A stretch of 60,435 bases of DNA, the filler included, from Nemertoderma westbladi (lineage: Eukaryota > Animalia > Xenacoelomorpha), in assembly GCA_032718475.1 (NCBI GenBank). It is 4 parts of 4 records of this genome, joined end to end, with 100 filler letters (N's around TTAATTAATTAA, not from the genome) between each part and the next. Parts side by side here need not be neighbours in the genome. Positions count along the whole stretch, not along the records: positions 16,406 to 27,500 come from JAUCBJ010002537.1; positions 27,601 to 47,049 come from JAUCBJ010006487.1; 2 more parts are not named here. One strand, given 5' to 3'. The notes below the pieces were generated by a model. It had not been told where the DNA came from. It worked only from the letters and a program-made list of their open reading frames with translations, and searched no databases. Below, piece by piece: positions 25,430 to 37,800 of the stretch. The position numbers and the translations under genes were made by a program. The stretch's first letter is position 1. Each line of letters opens with the position of its first letter.

Positions 25430-26400
25430 ATGGTTTCTAATGCTGCACAAGCTTTGCCATTCGGCGAAGAGGAAAAACAAACTTGTAGAATTGTGCATCC
25501 TTTATAAAGAACGAATTAACCCTCCATCACACCACCCACAGGCAGAACGAAAGGAAGGCTAGGCGATCATAATTGACGAATTAAACGAAATATTTGGAAA
25601 CAATTAGGCTTTAACTTTAATCTTTACTTAATTCTCCTAACATAACATATACTCATATACATAAAGTACAGTATAACAATAATGGATAAACAACATAATA
25701 TAAAGGCCGTTCCTTGCTGATAGCAGAGCTAGTGCTGCAAGGGTGGACACTTTGTACAGCAGGAGGGGTGGGTGGGGGGGGGGGGGGGGGGGGGGGGGGG
25801 GTGCTATTTGCAATATATATATTTTTGTACTGTAGTAAGTTACTTAATTTAGCGCAATATAAAACGTAAATCGTTAATAAGTATCAATTTTACACCTGGG
25901 GTTCAATATGAAAAAAATGAGAAAAGACAGAAAAGCATGTTGAAAAGATGAAAAAAAAAAACAGTAATCAAAACAGACAATAACCATTGAAAGAACAGAA
26001 AGAAGGTCAGGGATTATTTTAGACCGAGCTGACAGGATTAAAATAAATTTGAAATGAAAGACCTTTTAAGTGCAGATGAGAATGTATTTTTAGATTTTTT
26101 GAACGAATTGCGAGTGGTACCGAGTTCCAAATAACAGGACCTCGAAAACTCAGGGATTGTTGGTCACTAAATGCTACTGTAGGTCAAAAACTCAACGTTG
26201 TACGAAGTGGCAGAAAGTTAAACAAGATGCCAAGCAACTACACAGCAACATAAAAAATACCGACCGCAAACGGGAGGTGATCCAGGATCTAAAGAACCAG
26301 CCCCACAGCTTGTCAAACAATAATCGATTTATAGGGCGATACTCCTGCTTTCGGTGGTCTGCCTGGAAGAGTCGAATCAGCACCAATTGGTAATACTGTA
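25430..26400 (+). mobile_element. Decayed Myb/SANT-like ORF (Harbinger ORF1-like), in two pieces
   Basis: PFGEEEK/LVELCILYK/AERKEG*AIIIDELNEIFGN at 25430-25605 and RS..TKWQKVKQDAKQLHSNIKNTDRK(TGG) at 26183-26290. Both are frameshifted. Confidence 0.45.
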
Positions 26401-26479
26401 ACTTCCGACAGTCGGAGACTGATAAGCTCTCAGCTGACCTGCTCGATGTAGTACAAAGATTACACCATGACCCGTAATA

Positions 26480-27229
26480 TAGTGTCATTTTCAGATGACA
26501 CGGACCCCCCCCCCCAAATTTTTCTACAGATCTTTATCATATTGCTTGAAATTTGAAACACAACTAGTTCCACTCACCGTGGTTGTTACCACGAAGCCGG
26601 AATTTTTGATTTCGCTTTTAAATTTTTTCTATAAGCGTTTTAAAAAAGTGCCTTTTGCGAAATCGCACCATCCGTATCAATGCCATTCTTCACATTATTC
26701 GTAATATCAATAGAAAGCTTGTCTTGCAAGGATTCCAACCAAATATGTAGCAATATCTGAATTTCGTTGAGAAACAGCTGAGATATAGGCGTTCAAAGAT
26801 TGCAAGAATTATTGTTCACTGCAGGCCATTTATTCTATTTAATAAATATACAATAATTCTGGAACAATTTGTTTATGTATGATAAGCTACACAATATAGA
26901 TATTGTATAGGCATACCGCTGTTGCCTACCAACTCATAAAATAAATAACACGTTCTAGAATATTGTGTATTTATTAAATATAATAAATGGCCTGCAGCGA
27001 ACAATAATTCTTGCTATATTTTAACGCCTACTGTATATCTCAGCTGTTTCTCAATGAAATTCAGATATTGTTACATATTTGGTTGGAATCCTTGCAACGC
27101 AAGCTTTCTATTGATATGAAAAAAATACGACTAATGTGAAGAATGGCCACGATACGGAGGGTGCGATTTCGCAAAATACACTTTTTTAAAACGTTTAAAA
27201 ATTTAAAGGCGAAATCGAAAATTCCGGCT
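26480..27229. mobile_element. Foldback MITE; right arm interrupted by the LTR-like repeat
   Basis: 26594-26866 is an inverted copy of 26952-27230. A diverged related arm lies at about 7550-7790. Confidence 0.8.
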
Positions 27230-27500
27230 TGTTCGCGCTTTCGAAGACCTTTAGCAGTTTAACCTGCCAAAATTTATATGTCTTTTAGTTAATTAAAACC
27301 ACTTTAGCATACGACAATATTTTATGCTAATACGCAAAACATTAGCCGAAGGCAGCCCATGCGCGATCATTCACCCGATGGATCTACACCCGGGAGGCTG
27401 AATTCGGATGCTTAAATTGCATTATTGCAGTGTAAGGTTGCAGTGTATACCTACTGTATTATTCGATAGATCGTTAATTATCCGACAGATTAATCCAGAA
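27230..27500 (-). mobile_element. LTR-like repeat end, cut by the gap
   Basis: Nearly identical to 47229-47490. Confidence 0.55.
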
Positions 27501-27600
27501 NNNNNNNNNNNNNNNNNNNNNNNNNNNNNNNNNNNNNNNNNNNNTTAATTAATTAANNNNNNNNNNNNNNNNNNNNNNNNNNNNNNNNNNNNNNNNNNNN
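27501..27600. other. Artificial assembly gap/linker
   Basis: Ns with a central TTAATTAATTAA. Confidence 0.97.
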
Positions 27601-28239
27601 GGACTAGTTGCGCTTCTGATTGGTGGAGCATCCGCAATCCGACACTCCGGTAGGCCTACTCCTCGTCTGGCACCACATCCACGGAGCGGAGAATGCTGAG
27701 CTGAATCCTGTATATAAGTACAGGGAAAAAAACATTTCGCAATGCGGGGGAGGGGGGTGTGACAAGGAATACCAGGTTTTCATTAAAAACCCCGGTTTCA
27801 GAAAAGCTTTGAATCTAACCAAAACAGTAAGCGAATTATTACAGTATATGTACATGTTATAAGATATAAATAAGTGCTATAAATCACTTAATAAGGATAA
27901 ATTTAAAAACATTCAAATTCTTATATAAAATTACAATAAAATATCGACCGAAAAGTGAATATCTGATATTCTTCAAATGTGAGCTTACCTCAGTACATGG
28001 GTGACGAACGACCGGGAAAACAATGGAAAAACAAGGGAAAAGGTTAAATCTGTGAAAACCCAGAAAAGACCCTGGAAAAGTAACAAACATGCAACCGGGA
28101 ATATTTCTGGAATTAGGAACACATTGGTGACGATTTCCCGGCATTAACTGCAAAATGCATTTTTCTTTTTCATTACGCTCCACAACAGTTTTAAAAACAA
28201 CTCCAATATACTGTATATAATGCTATCCTGCTACTAGGC

Positions 28240-29610
28240 CTACTATAATCGGCCTGTTGCATTTAAGCTGCATATTGAGATGCTATTCTGGCTCAAAAAT
28301 ATTTTGCCACCACCATGCAATCCACAATTGGTATGCTCAAATTTGTGGCGTGCATTAAGAATGCCATGTCGGCGTATCAACAAAGATGCACCGCCACAAA
28401 CTTCCTATCCCCCATGATTTTCGCGAGATTATCCGCATCTTCAAGGCCAGTGTCCTTTAAGATGCGTCTCAAGAAAGTCATGGGCTGTCCACCATGCTTA
28501 TTCACTCCATGAGAGTGCCAAAAGCACAAGATTATGCACTGGCTGGTCCTCACGGCGAAAGCAATGTCCTGCAAAGCGAGGCGGCTTTGTTCTAGTTGAG
28601 GGAACCAATGAGACACCTCCAATGGTATATAGTGTCTGGTTGGAGATGTGTGCATTGTACTTGACACAAGTGAACACTAGATGAGATGCATCCTGTTCTA
28701 ATGAAATGAGGAGCCGTTGGGCTCCCTCTAGTGATTCTGAGAGTACTCCTAAGTCATCAGCAAAGTCTAGATCAGTTAGGTACTTGGCAGGATTTCCTCG
28801 ACTTCTGGAGCCAGAAGGTGGAGTTACCATCACCCCATCATCATTATGATGATCTAAGGACATGCGTAGAACATAGTCAACCACAATTATGAATACGAAT
28901 GGTGCAAGTGTGTCTCCTTGGAGGACTCCCCATAACACTTCAAATGGTTATGTGTCCCCATCAACAGTAGACACATGTGTTGTCGTACCATCGTATACTG
29001 ACTGATCTGATTGCTGCAATTATTTCATCAGGAATCCCATATAATGAAAGTATGCTGAACATTCGTGAGCGAGAGACTAAATCAAATGCCTTGAAGAAGT
29101 CAACAAAGATTATAGTACAAAGATACCAGTTGTTTGTCTTTCTTATTTTTTGATAACTCTTCGATTATCCTTCTAAGTGCCAAAATGGTCTCCATGGTCC
29201 CACGACCTTTACGGAACCCATACTGATTTCCACGTAGCAGTCTCCCAATGGGATCAATGATGCGATTTAGTATAATTCTATTGTATAGCTTTGCAGCAAT
29301 CGAGATCAATGAGATTCCCCGAAAAGAACCATATAGTGTTAGGTTGCCCTTCTTGGGAACTGGCACCAACTTATTTGTTTTCATTTCTTGCGGGACTCTT
29401 AGTTGTTCGGTACATGTCTACTGTGATGGGATAGATTGGCTTTAAACACTCAGGTATTTTAATGACCTCAGGGGGAACACCATATACTCCACTGGCACGA
29501 ATGGTCTTAATGTTCTTTGCAGCAGCCTTCACTTAAGCAAAGGAGATATCGCCAATGGGAAATCTTGGAGTACAGACTCGGACACTTTGACATCTATAAA
29601 GCACTACCCT
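28240..29610 (-). mobile_element. 5'-truncated RTE-clade LINE
   Basis: RT motifs VPVPKKGNL..FRGISL, NQYGFRKGRGT, GVLQGDTLAP and DLDFADD, a C-terminal RFAGHC.R, and a (TAG)n tail. Confidence 0.92.
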
Positions 29611-30189
29611 GTCATTATTGAGGAGCTACAGTAGGTATACTATTATCCTACTGTTTTGATTTCAAATAAAATCTTAAATATTTAAAATATAATATTCAAA
29701 ACTTTAAAAACAACAGATTTATCATTTATGGGCTAATACCAAGGCTTTTATACGGAATGGAATGCTTTCTGGAACAAAATATATTTTTATTCACTTTAGA
29801 AATTGGATTAGAAAAATTAGACCATAAAAGGCCCATTGTTGCTAAGGGGTTACATGTATAACGGTTACTTAAATAGTCCAACCTTAGGCTATAGTAAAGC
29901 TAAATAAGGGGACGTTCATAAATGACGTCACAGGTCAATAGGAGGAGGGGTCTGGTAATTTGTAACAAACTGTGACATAGCTGCGGTCGATATTCACAGA
30001 AAAAACCGTGACGTCATATATGAACGGACCCTAAATGGTCTAAAATTAAAAGTGAACTAGGCCTACTTAATGCCAACCTGAGCCCATACTAAACTGTATT
30101 TCACTAACATGCAGGACACTTTGAATTTACTCGCCACTTTACTAAGGGAGCGGAGATTGTGGTCACGATATATTAAAGGCTACCAATTA

Positions 30190-31155
30190 AAGTTATATAA
30201 ATGTTCCCCAAAACCAATTATTAGCACCAAAATAAATTACAAACCCTAAAATAATTACAAATTTTCCCAAAACAAATACATTTTCGCCCAAAATAAATAC
30301 ATTTTTGCCCAAAACAAATACATTATCCCCCAAAATAAAAATACATTTTCCCCCAAAACAAATACATTTTTGCCCAAAATAAATACATTTTCCCCCAAAA
30401 CAAATACATTATCCCCCAAAATAAAAATACATTTTCCCCCAAAACAAATACATTTTTGCCCAAAATAAATACATAATCCCCCAAAATAAATACTACTACA
30501 GCAAGCAACAAGCCTAGACTGGACGCAAAACTCGCCTTGGCGATTTAATATCCCGCCTCAATGTTAAATTCTCAATTTAGGGAAAGGAGCAGTTTACAGT
30601 GGCACGTTATTTTAATTAACCAAAACAATAAACTGAGAACAATAGAACCGGTAACAGTTTTATTTTCGAGAATAAACAGCTGTTATTTGCGTCGAAGTTC
30701 CCCTGGAGAGGGTGAATTTTATTGCGTCCAGTACGAATACTGTAACTGAAGCATGGCAACTGACCAAAGCGTAGTTAATATAAAATATTTGGTGCTGGAA
30801 TAATTTTTTTAGGTTGAAAAGTAATTATTTTTGGGGGATGAATAATTGTTTTTGGGGGTAGAATAATTGTTTTTGGGGGTAGAATAATTGTTTTTGGGGG
30901 ATGCATAATTGTTTTTGGGGAATCAATAATTGTTTTTGGGGGATGAATAATTGTTTTTGGGGAATCAATAATTGTTTTTGGGGGATGAATAATTGTTTTT
31001 GGGGAATCAATAATTGTTTTTGGGGATGAATAATTGTTTTTTGTGAGAAGGATATTCAAAATTGGGGGATGCGAATTGGTGCTACAACAAAATATATTTG
31101 GTGCAAAATAATTTATTTTGGTGTTAAATCATCTAATTTGGGGTGGCATTTAATT
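30190..31155. mobile_element. Foldback-like element with inverted arrays of 21-22-bp repeats
   Basis: CCCAAAA(C/T)AAATACAT array at 30265-30495 and an inverted AATTGTTTTTGGGG array at 30800-31045. Confidence 0.7.
30518..30732. mobile_element. MITE, full copy
   Basis: TIR ACTGGACGCAA...TTGCGTCCAGT; several partial copies occur in the window. Confidence 0.8.
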
Positions 31156-32245
31156 AGTGGCGTATATTAAATTGCTACTGTCAGACTGTAAAAATGACCT
31201 ATCCAAAATCCCAATGCCTAATCTCTAAAATCACATACGGATTATTCTCCAAAGGAATCCTTTACATATGCACAACATACTGACATACGCGTACAGTATG
31301 TGCATACGTATACGCGGCAAATGCATATGCATACGGCTACGGCGAAAAGTTATACCCAATAAATTATATTGATCGATACAAGGCTTTCCAGAAACAAAAA
31401 ACCCCTACTAAACAACAGAGTAAATAGGCCTACAGTACACATTCGTTGGGCCTTCTCGCAGCACGAGACTACATAATACCAAGTTTGGTTTAATTTGATT
31501 TCATCTGCGATTGACTGACTTATTTCGGTTTTTATAAAAAGTCTGAAACATAGGCCTACCGACTGACATACAGTCTTATTTTTGAAAAAAATTGAGATTC
31601 TTTCTAAACTTTTGACGGACAGCATACGTAACAAGATTGGTTTAATTTCAGTAATGATTGTTGGCTTTCAAGAATTTATTAAAAAACGTGCAAAATAATT
31701 ACTGCCAAAAGACAGACATACAGATGAGTGGACATGCCTCATTTGCCCTATGAACCGTATGCCAAGGCCAACCCGACTATGTGTCTCGCCCCACAACAGC
31801 ACAAGGTACAATAACAATGATTATACATTTTATGGAGGAGGCCAAATTTGTATTGAGTCAGGGGCAAGGCGTACTATATACAAGGCCATGCCATCGAGTT
31901 AACTGGGGGCGGTGACTAGGGGCAAGATTTTTTTTACAACAATTTGATATTTTGATATGGGGAGAGTTCTATATCTATAACTTTTCATTTGCTGCAATTT
32001 GATCAATGGACGTACTTGAAGCATCCTCGTTAAGTAAGATACAAAATTTTATGGTACTGTATCTAGTGTTTTAGGTAGGTTTAGGTAGTAATTTCGACAC
32101 TGGTTCCGACATCCTACTTCCCTCTATAAATATTTTATACAGTAGTAGCTACAGTAGTTCTTATTACTACTGTATTTGTATATCAAATGTTCCAGAAGAT
32201 GTTAGCTAATCATTAAAAAAAAAATTATGTTCGAGAACAAATATT

Positions 32246-32484
32246 TTTTGTTCTATAACATTTTTTAGAAAAAAATCTGGATACTATTTAAAACGCATGG
32301 AATCGTTCTAAAACGTGTTTAAAATCAATAAATTTTCTTTTCAAAATCGTTTTTTTCAAAAAAATTTTTTCACAATGTTTTTTTCTCACAATTTTTTTTA
32401 TTGATTTTAAACACGTTTTAGAACGATTCCATGCGTTTTAAATAGAATCCTGTTTTTTTTCTAAAAAATGTTCTAGAACAAAAA
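32246..32484. repeat. Inverted repeat, arms of about 85 bp
   Basis: TTAAAACGCATGGAATCGTTCTAAAACGTGTTTAAAATCAATAAA and its reverse complement. Confidence 0.85.
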
Positions 32485-32749
32485 ATGTTTGTTTTTATGG
32501 GGGTGGAAATTCTCTGCTACACCGGTGTATAATTATTATCAGTAAAGTTGAAAGTTTATACAAGAATATGGCAATTTAAAATGGCCATATTTAATGTCTG
32601 AATGTACAGCGTGCATGACTGTGTATTGTATACTTTCACTTTCAGATTATTTTCCAAGGGACCCAGTACCAGTACACGGTACTACTGGTATACTTAATGC
32701 ATGCAGGCATGTAGTTCGAAAGTACCTGATTGGTAAAAGTAATTGTATT

Positions 32750-33060
32750 GTGCTTGGCAGTCTGGGCTTGGGCAGTTGGGCGGTCCGGCCGGACCTCCCA
32801 CTGTCCCAAGCTCTCCAGGCACCAGGCTCGGGTTCTCCATTCTCGGACAGTCGAACTCGGGAGCGTCGAGGTCGAGCGTCAAGACCCTCGGGTGCACCCA
32901 AGCCTCGGGCCTCCCGAGAACGCTCGGCCGCGGCTCCGGGCAGCCGAACCGGTGTGCCGACTTTCGAAACTATTTTCAAATCCTGGGCGCCCGAGTTCCC
33001 GATTGAAAATCGAGGACCAGAGAACTTTTACGTTAGGCCTACACGGCCACATCCACAGAC
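32750..33060. promoter_or_regulatory. GC/CpG-rich island upstream of epsin (candidate promoter region)
   Basis: A CpG-dense stretch in an AT-rich background with no convincing protein, about 1.8 kb upstream of the epsin ATG. Confidence 0.35.
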
Positions 33061-33391
33061 TGACAGACCGTCAGACCGTTGTGTTACTGTAGGCTATAGG
33101 CCTAGGCTGATAGGAAGAGGAACAGGACGACAGGTAGGCAGGTAGTTGTTTTGGTTAGAATAACGAGCCACTGTCACTGTCTGACTATAATCAGGTAAAT
33201 ACAGTAGACCTAATAACCTGACCCTTACAGCCTTACCCTAAATTGATAATTTTACATTTAACAGTTTGAGGCGAAATATTGTTTCACTGAGATGGGATTT
33301 TCGTCCAGCCCAGTTCTGTCAGTCTGTAATTTGACTCCCGGTCAGTAGCACAGTAGGTAGGCCTACCACCTACTGTCTTACCACTGACCGT

Positions 33392-34409
33392 ACCGGTCCG
33401 ACGAATCTGTACAAAAAAGTACAAAATAATACAATATAGTACAAAACAGTACAAAAGAGTACAATAAAGTGCAAAAATAGTACAAAAGAGTGCAAAAATA
33501 GTACAAAAGAGTACAAACGAGTGAGAAACGCATACAAAACGTGTAACCAGTGTAGTCTACACTATAATACACTTGTATATATAAATATAATTAATTGTAC
33601 AGTTGTTGTAAGCAAATGCAACTGGACCGAAATATGCGCCGCTACAGTCTACAGTCTGACAGTGTCAATCACTAGCGGCCTTGGTTCTGTGGTCAGTATG
33701 AAATGATTGACAGAACTTTGATTCATGTAGATTTTGACTTGCTTACAAGTAGAAATAGGCTACAGTTCGTTTCGTATAATATAATATAATGCAATACTAT
33801 GCAGTGGGTAGATAAAACTCCTATAACTGAGACTCAAAATTTAGGTCATAGGGCCTAGTCTTAAAGTAGCCCATATACTGAAGGATAGACTGTATGCTAC
33901 TGTACATTATGCTGTTATGTAGGCTATGCGTATGCTGGTATGTCTGTATGTAATGTACGCCTCTATCTGCAACTTTATTGAATTCTCCCTCTCTGCAATT
34001 TTGCGGGCTTGGGACCGTTTTTTGTGTTATTTGAACACAAAACTGCAAAAGGCTGCATTAAAACTCTTAAGATTGTATTGTAATACTGTAATAGGGGCCT
34101 AATCAGCTAATCTCTGACTGCTAGACAGCTAGATCAGCCCCCGCTCAATGCATGGCTCGCCCCACAATCAGACAATGCTTTGTTTTATTTTGCACATCAT
34201 GCATGTCATGTGCGCCCCTCTAAACGATTTGAGCTACACTTGGATACACGCTTTGCAAGCGTTTCTCACTCGTTTGTACTCTTTTGTACTATTTTTGCAC
34301 TCTTTTGTACTATTTTTGCACTTTATTGTACTCTTTTGTATTCTTTTGTACTATATTGTACTATTTTGTATTTTTTTGTACTTTTTTGTACAAATTCGTC
34401 GGACCCCTG
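33392..34409. mobile_element. Foldback-type non-autonomous DNA transposon
   Basis: GGTCCGACGAAT...ATTCGTCGGACCCCTG ends, arms of about 165 bp built of 10-11-bp AGTACAAAA repeats, and ACCGT on both flanks. Confidence 0.8.
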
Positions 34410-34801
34410 ACCGTACCGCAGTACCGTAGGCCTACTAGATATCGAACCTAGACCAGTAGACTGTAGACCTACCGGACCGGTAGGCCTACTACTGTACTAT
34501 ATCTCAACAGCTATATATTTGTATCTGTCTGTCTGTATATCATTCAGTCATTTATTTAATATCTGATGTACCGGTACCTACCTACTACCTACAGGCTACA
34601 GACAGACAGACCTACCTACCACCTACTGATCTGCTGATGTAGGCGTTCTATCTGCAGGTCTGATTAATTATAATTATTTAAATATATATCAGTATATCGT
34701 GATCGTGAGGTAACGGTACCTAGATAGGCCTACCTACTGCTGTACTCTGGTACTGCAGTAGGCAGTACTGACCTAATTCAGCATTGTGGCATTACAGCAT
34801 T

Positions 34802-37800
34802 ATGAATGTTCATAATATCGTGTCGGCCCGTCGCCAGGCAAAAAATGTTATTAAGAACTTTACAGATGCTGAAAAGAAAGTTAGGGAAGCAACGAGTAAT
34901 GATCCTTGGGGGCCTTCGAGTTCTCTAATGACAGAAGTCGCTGATATGACGTACAATGTTATGGCATTCGGTAAGTTGCTGATATGACGTTACAACAGTC
35001 GGTGAGAAGTCAAAAATTGGACTTCAAGTCCAATTTTAGACTTCAAGTCCAATTTTGGACTCCGAAGTCCAATATTGGACTTTAGTACAACTCCAAGTGT
35101 ACCCATGCTGCTATACTGTATATATCGGTATTTAAATCAAAACTGCATCCTACAGTCAGTACATCCATATCATGCATATTACAGTATTACATAATTAATT
35201 ACAATACAATGCAAGTAGTCACTTTTTGCGGTACCGTAGTCAGTGGTATGACTTTGCAGTAGCCTTACTTACTGCCTTAGCGGTGTATACCGCACCATGG
35301 TAGTTGAGTTATAGCTGTATAGTTCATTCATACCCATACCTGTGGTATTTTCATAAGGCAAAAATAAGACGACTGTTAACTGTAACCTATTATGTTATTG
35401 AGTTAATAATGTTTATTGACTAATTGTTTTGATTAGGTTCACTGTGTCAAGCGCTATAGGCTGATAGGGCCTATAACATTGGAGTTGGAGGTGTCTCATT
35501 GGTTCCCTCAAGCTTGACACTAGAACAAAGCCGCCTCCGCTTTGTAGGACATTGCTTTCGCCGTGAGGACCAATCAGTGCACCTCATGGAGTGAATAAGC
35601 ATGGTGGACAGCCCATGACTTTCTTGATACGCATCATTCTTACTGTCTTCTTAAAGGACACTGGCCTTGAAGATGCGGATGATCTAACAAATGTCATGAG
35701 TGATAAGGCTGTAAGGGAGTTGTGGAGGCGCAATTTTGTCAACAAGCCGGCACAGCATTCTTAATAGGGCCTATATATATAATGCAGCTGCAATGCAGCA
35801 TGCCGATTGAAGTAGTAGTTGGTTAGAAAAGCCCGCTTCTGTATGTATAAGCACATGCCCTATGTGGTGATAGGGTTCCTTCAATTGGTAAAGTCAAAAG
35901 TGGCCATTTATTCTTTTAGTTAGAAAAGCCTGCCTCTGTAACCTGTTCCTTTCCCTCAATTGGTTCATGACGTGTGTTACTTCTGTTCGTATTATGTGGA
36001 GACCCCAACACGTTAATCAGTTAATCCCCTTTCATTATCCAGCCGTTTTAAAATACCCTTCCTGTTGTACAGTTGTATGGAAAAGTTAGAAGAGATGGTG
36101 GTAGGTAGCATCAACTTGTAGAATTTCTTTCTGATATGGCTCCCATAGGCTTAGACGAAATCGTAGCTTGTACTGTAGTTAGCCTTAGCAGCAGCTGCAG
36201 TTGGCAAACCTGGCATTGCTACCAGTTTCCACCAAATATAATTTGTAGTTAAATATTTGTTGGAGCATAATCCAATCTAGTCCAAAAGACTCTAAAGTCC
36301 TGGGTACATAAGGCTGTAAGGTTAGACATAACATGAATGTAAACTAAACAATATGCTAAGTACGAAGTAGCCTACCTAGAATGCTAGAATGTACCATTAT
36401 ATTCTAAGTACAGTACGCTGAAGATACATACAGAGCTCTGCAAAAGTAACTTTCCATAACTTAATAGCTGTCTGGCTGTCTCTCATCTGTGATGCTTCAT
36501 GTACCTTTAAGTTTGATTCTCAATGTCACGTCCAAAATTGGACTTAAAGTCCAATATTGGACTTTTGTAAAATTCAAAGCCTTATAAAAAAAGTTCCCCC
36601 TGGTGAATTTCAGGTCCCCCTGTTCAAAACTCTTATTTTTTGATATACTTTCGATTAAAAAAAAAATTCCGCCCGATCCAATTACCCAAGGCCCTGGAAC
36701 AATTGGCTGATTTGAAGTCCAATATTGGACTCACAGAAGTCCAATTTTGGACTTGAACTGGAGTCGAAGTCCAATTTTGGACTCAAGTCCAATTTTTGAC
36801 TTCTCACCGACTGTACAATGTTATGGCATTCGGTAAGTCGCTGATATGACGTACAATGTTATGGCATTCGGTAAGTCGCTGATATGACGTACAATGTTAT
36901 GGCATTCGGTAAGTCGCTGATATGACGTACAATGTTATGGCATTCGGTAAGTCGCAGATATGACGTAGGCCTACAATGTTATGGCATTCGGTAAGTCGCA
37001 GATATGACGGACAATGTTATGGCATTCGGTAAGTCGCTGATATGATGTAGGCCCGGTCCTACGAATTACCCCAAAATACCCCAAAAGACCCCAAAATAGT
37101 ATAAAACTACCCCAAAATAGTTTATAATTACCCCAAAATACCCCAAAATAGTTTAGAATTACCCCAAAATACTTTTTTTGAGCCTTTGTTTTGGAAATTT
37201 AATTTACCCCAAAATATGGTAAAATGACGAATTACCCCAAAATAATGCATGTAATGACGAATTACCCCAAAATAATTAAAAAATTTTTCTTCACTCTCGT
37301 TTATTGTTTTGGTTAAAAAAACTTGCCACTGTAACCTGCTCCTTTCCCTCGCTGTTAAAAAACATTGTTAGCTTATTTTGGGGTATTTTGGGGTAATATT
37401 TTAGCCTTTTTGGGGTATTTTGGGGTAATTTTTGACTATTTTGGGGTGTTTTGGAGTATTTTGGGGTGTTTTGGGGTATTTTGGGGTAATTCGTAGGACC
37501 CTGTAGGCCTACAATGTTATGGCATTCGGTAAGTCGCTGATATGACGCACAATGTTATGGCATTCGGAAAGTCGCTGATATGACGTACAATGTTATGACA
37601 TTGTCATTGTTCCATGCTGCCATGCCAGAAATAGGCCTATTGCGTATAGTTCAACTCCGTTTGTAAGTCTGTTTCAGAGTTTAGCTTGTGAAATTAACTA
37701 TATATACCGGTATCTCTATATGCTTTATGACTCTTATCCTTAATTGTATTTTTAGGTTTTTATCTACTAGGGGTAGGAGCAGAGGCTGAGAGGCTATAGG

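Noticed and set aside
30323-31059. Repetitive ORFs (PKTII, FWGKMYL)
   Set aside because: They are translations of 21-22-bp arrays in a foldback element.
32594-33145. Overlapping 183-aa and 110-aa ORFs
   Set aside because: They arise from high GC, have no recognisable motifs, and the region contains frameshifting scars.
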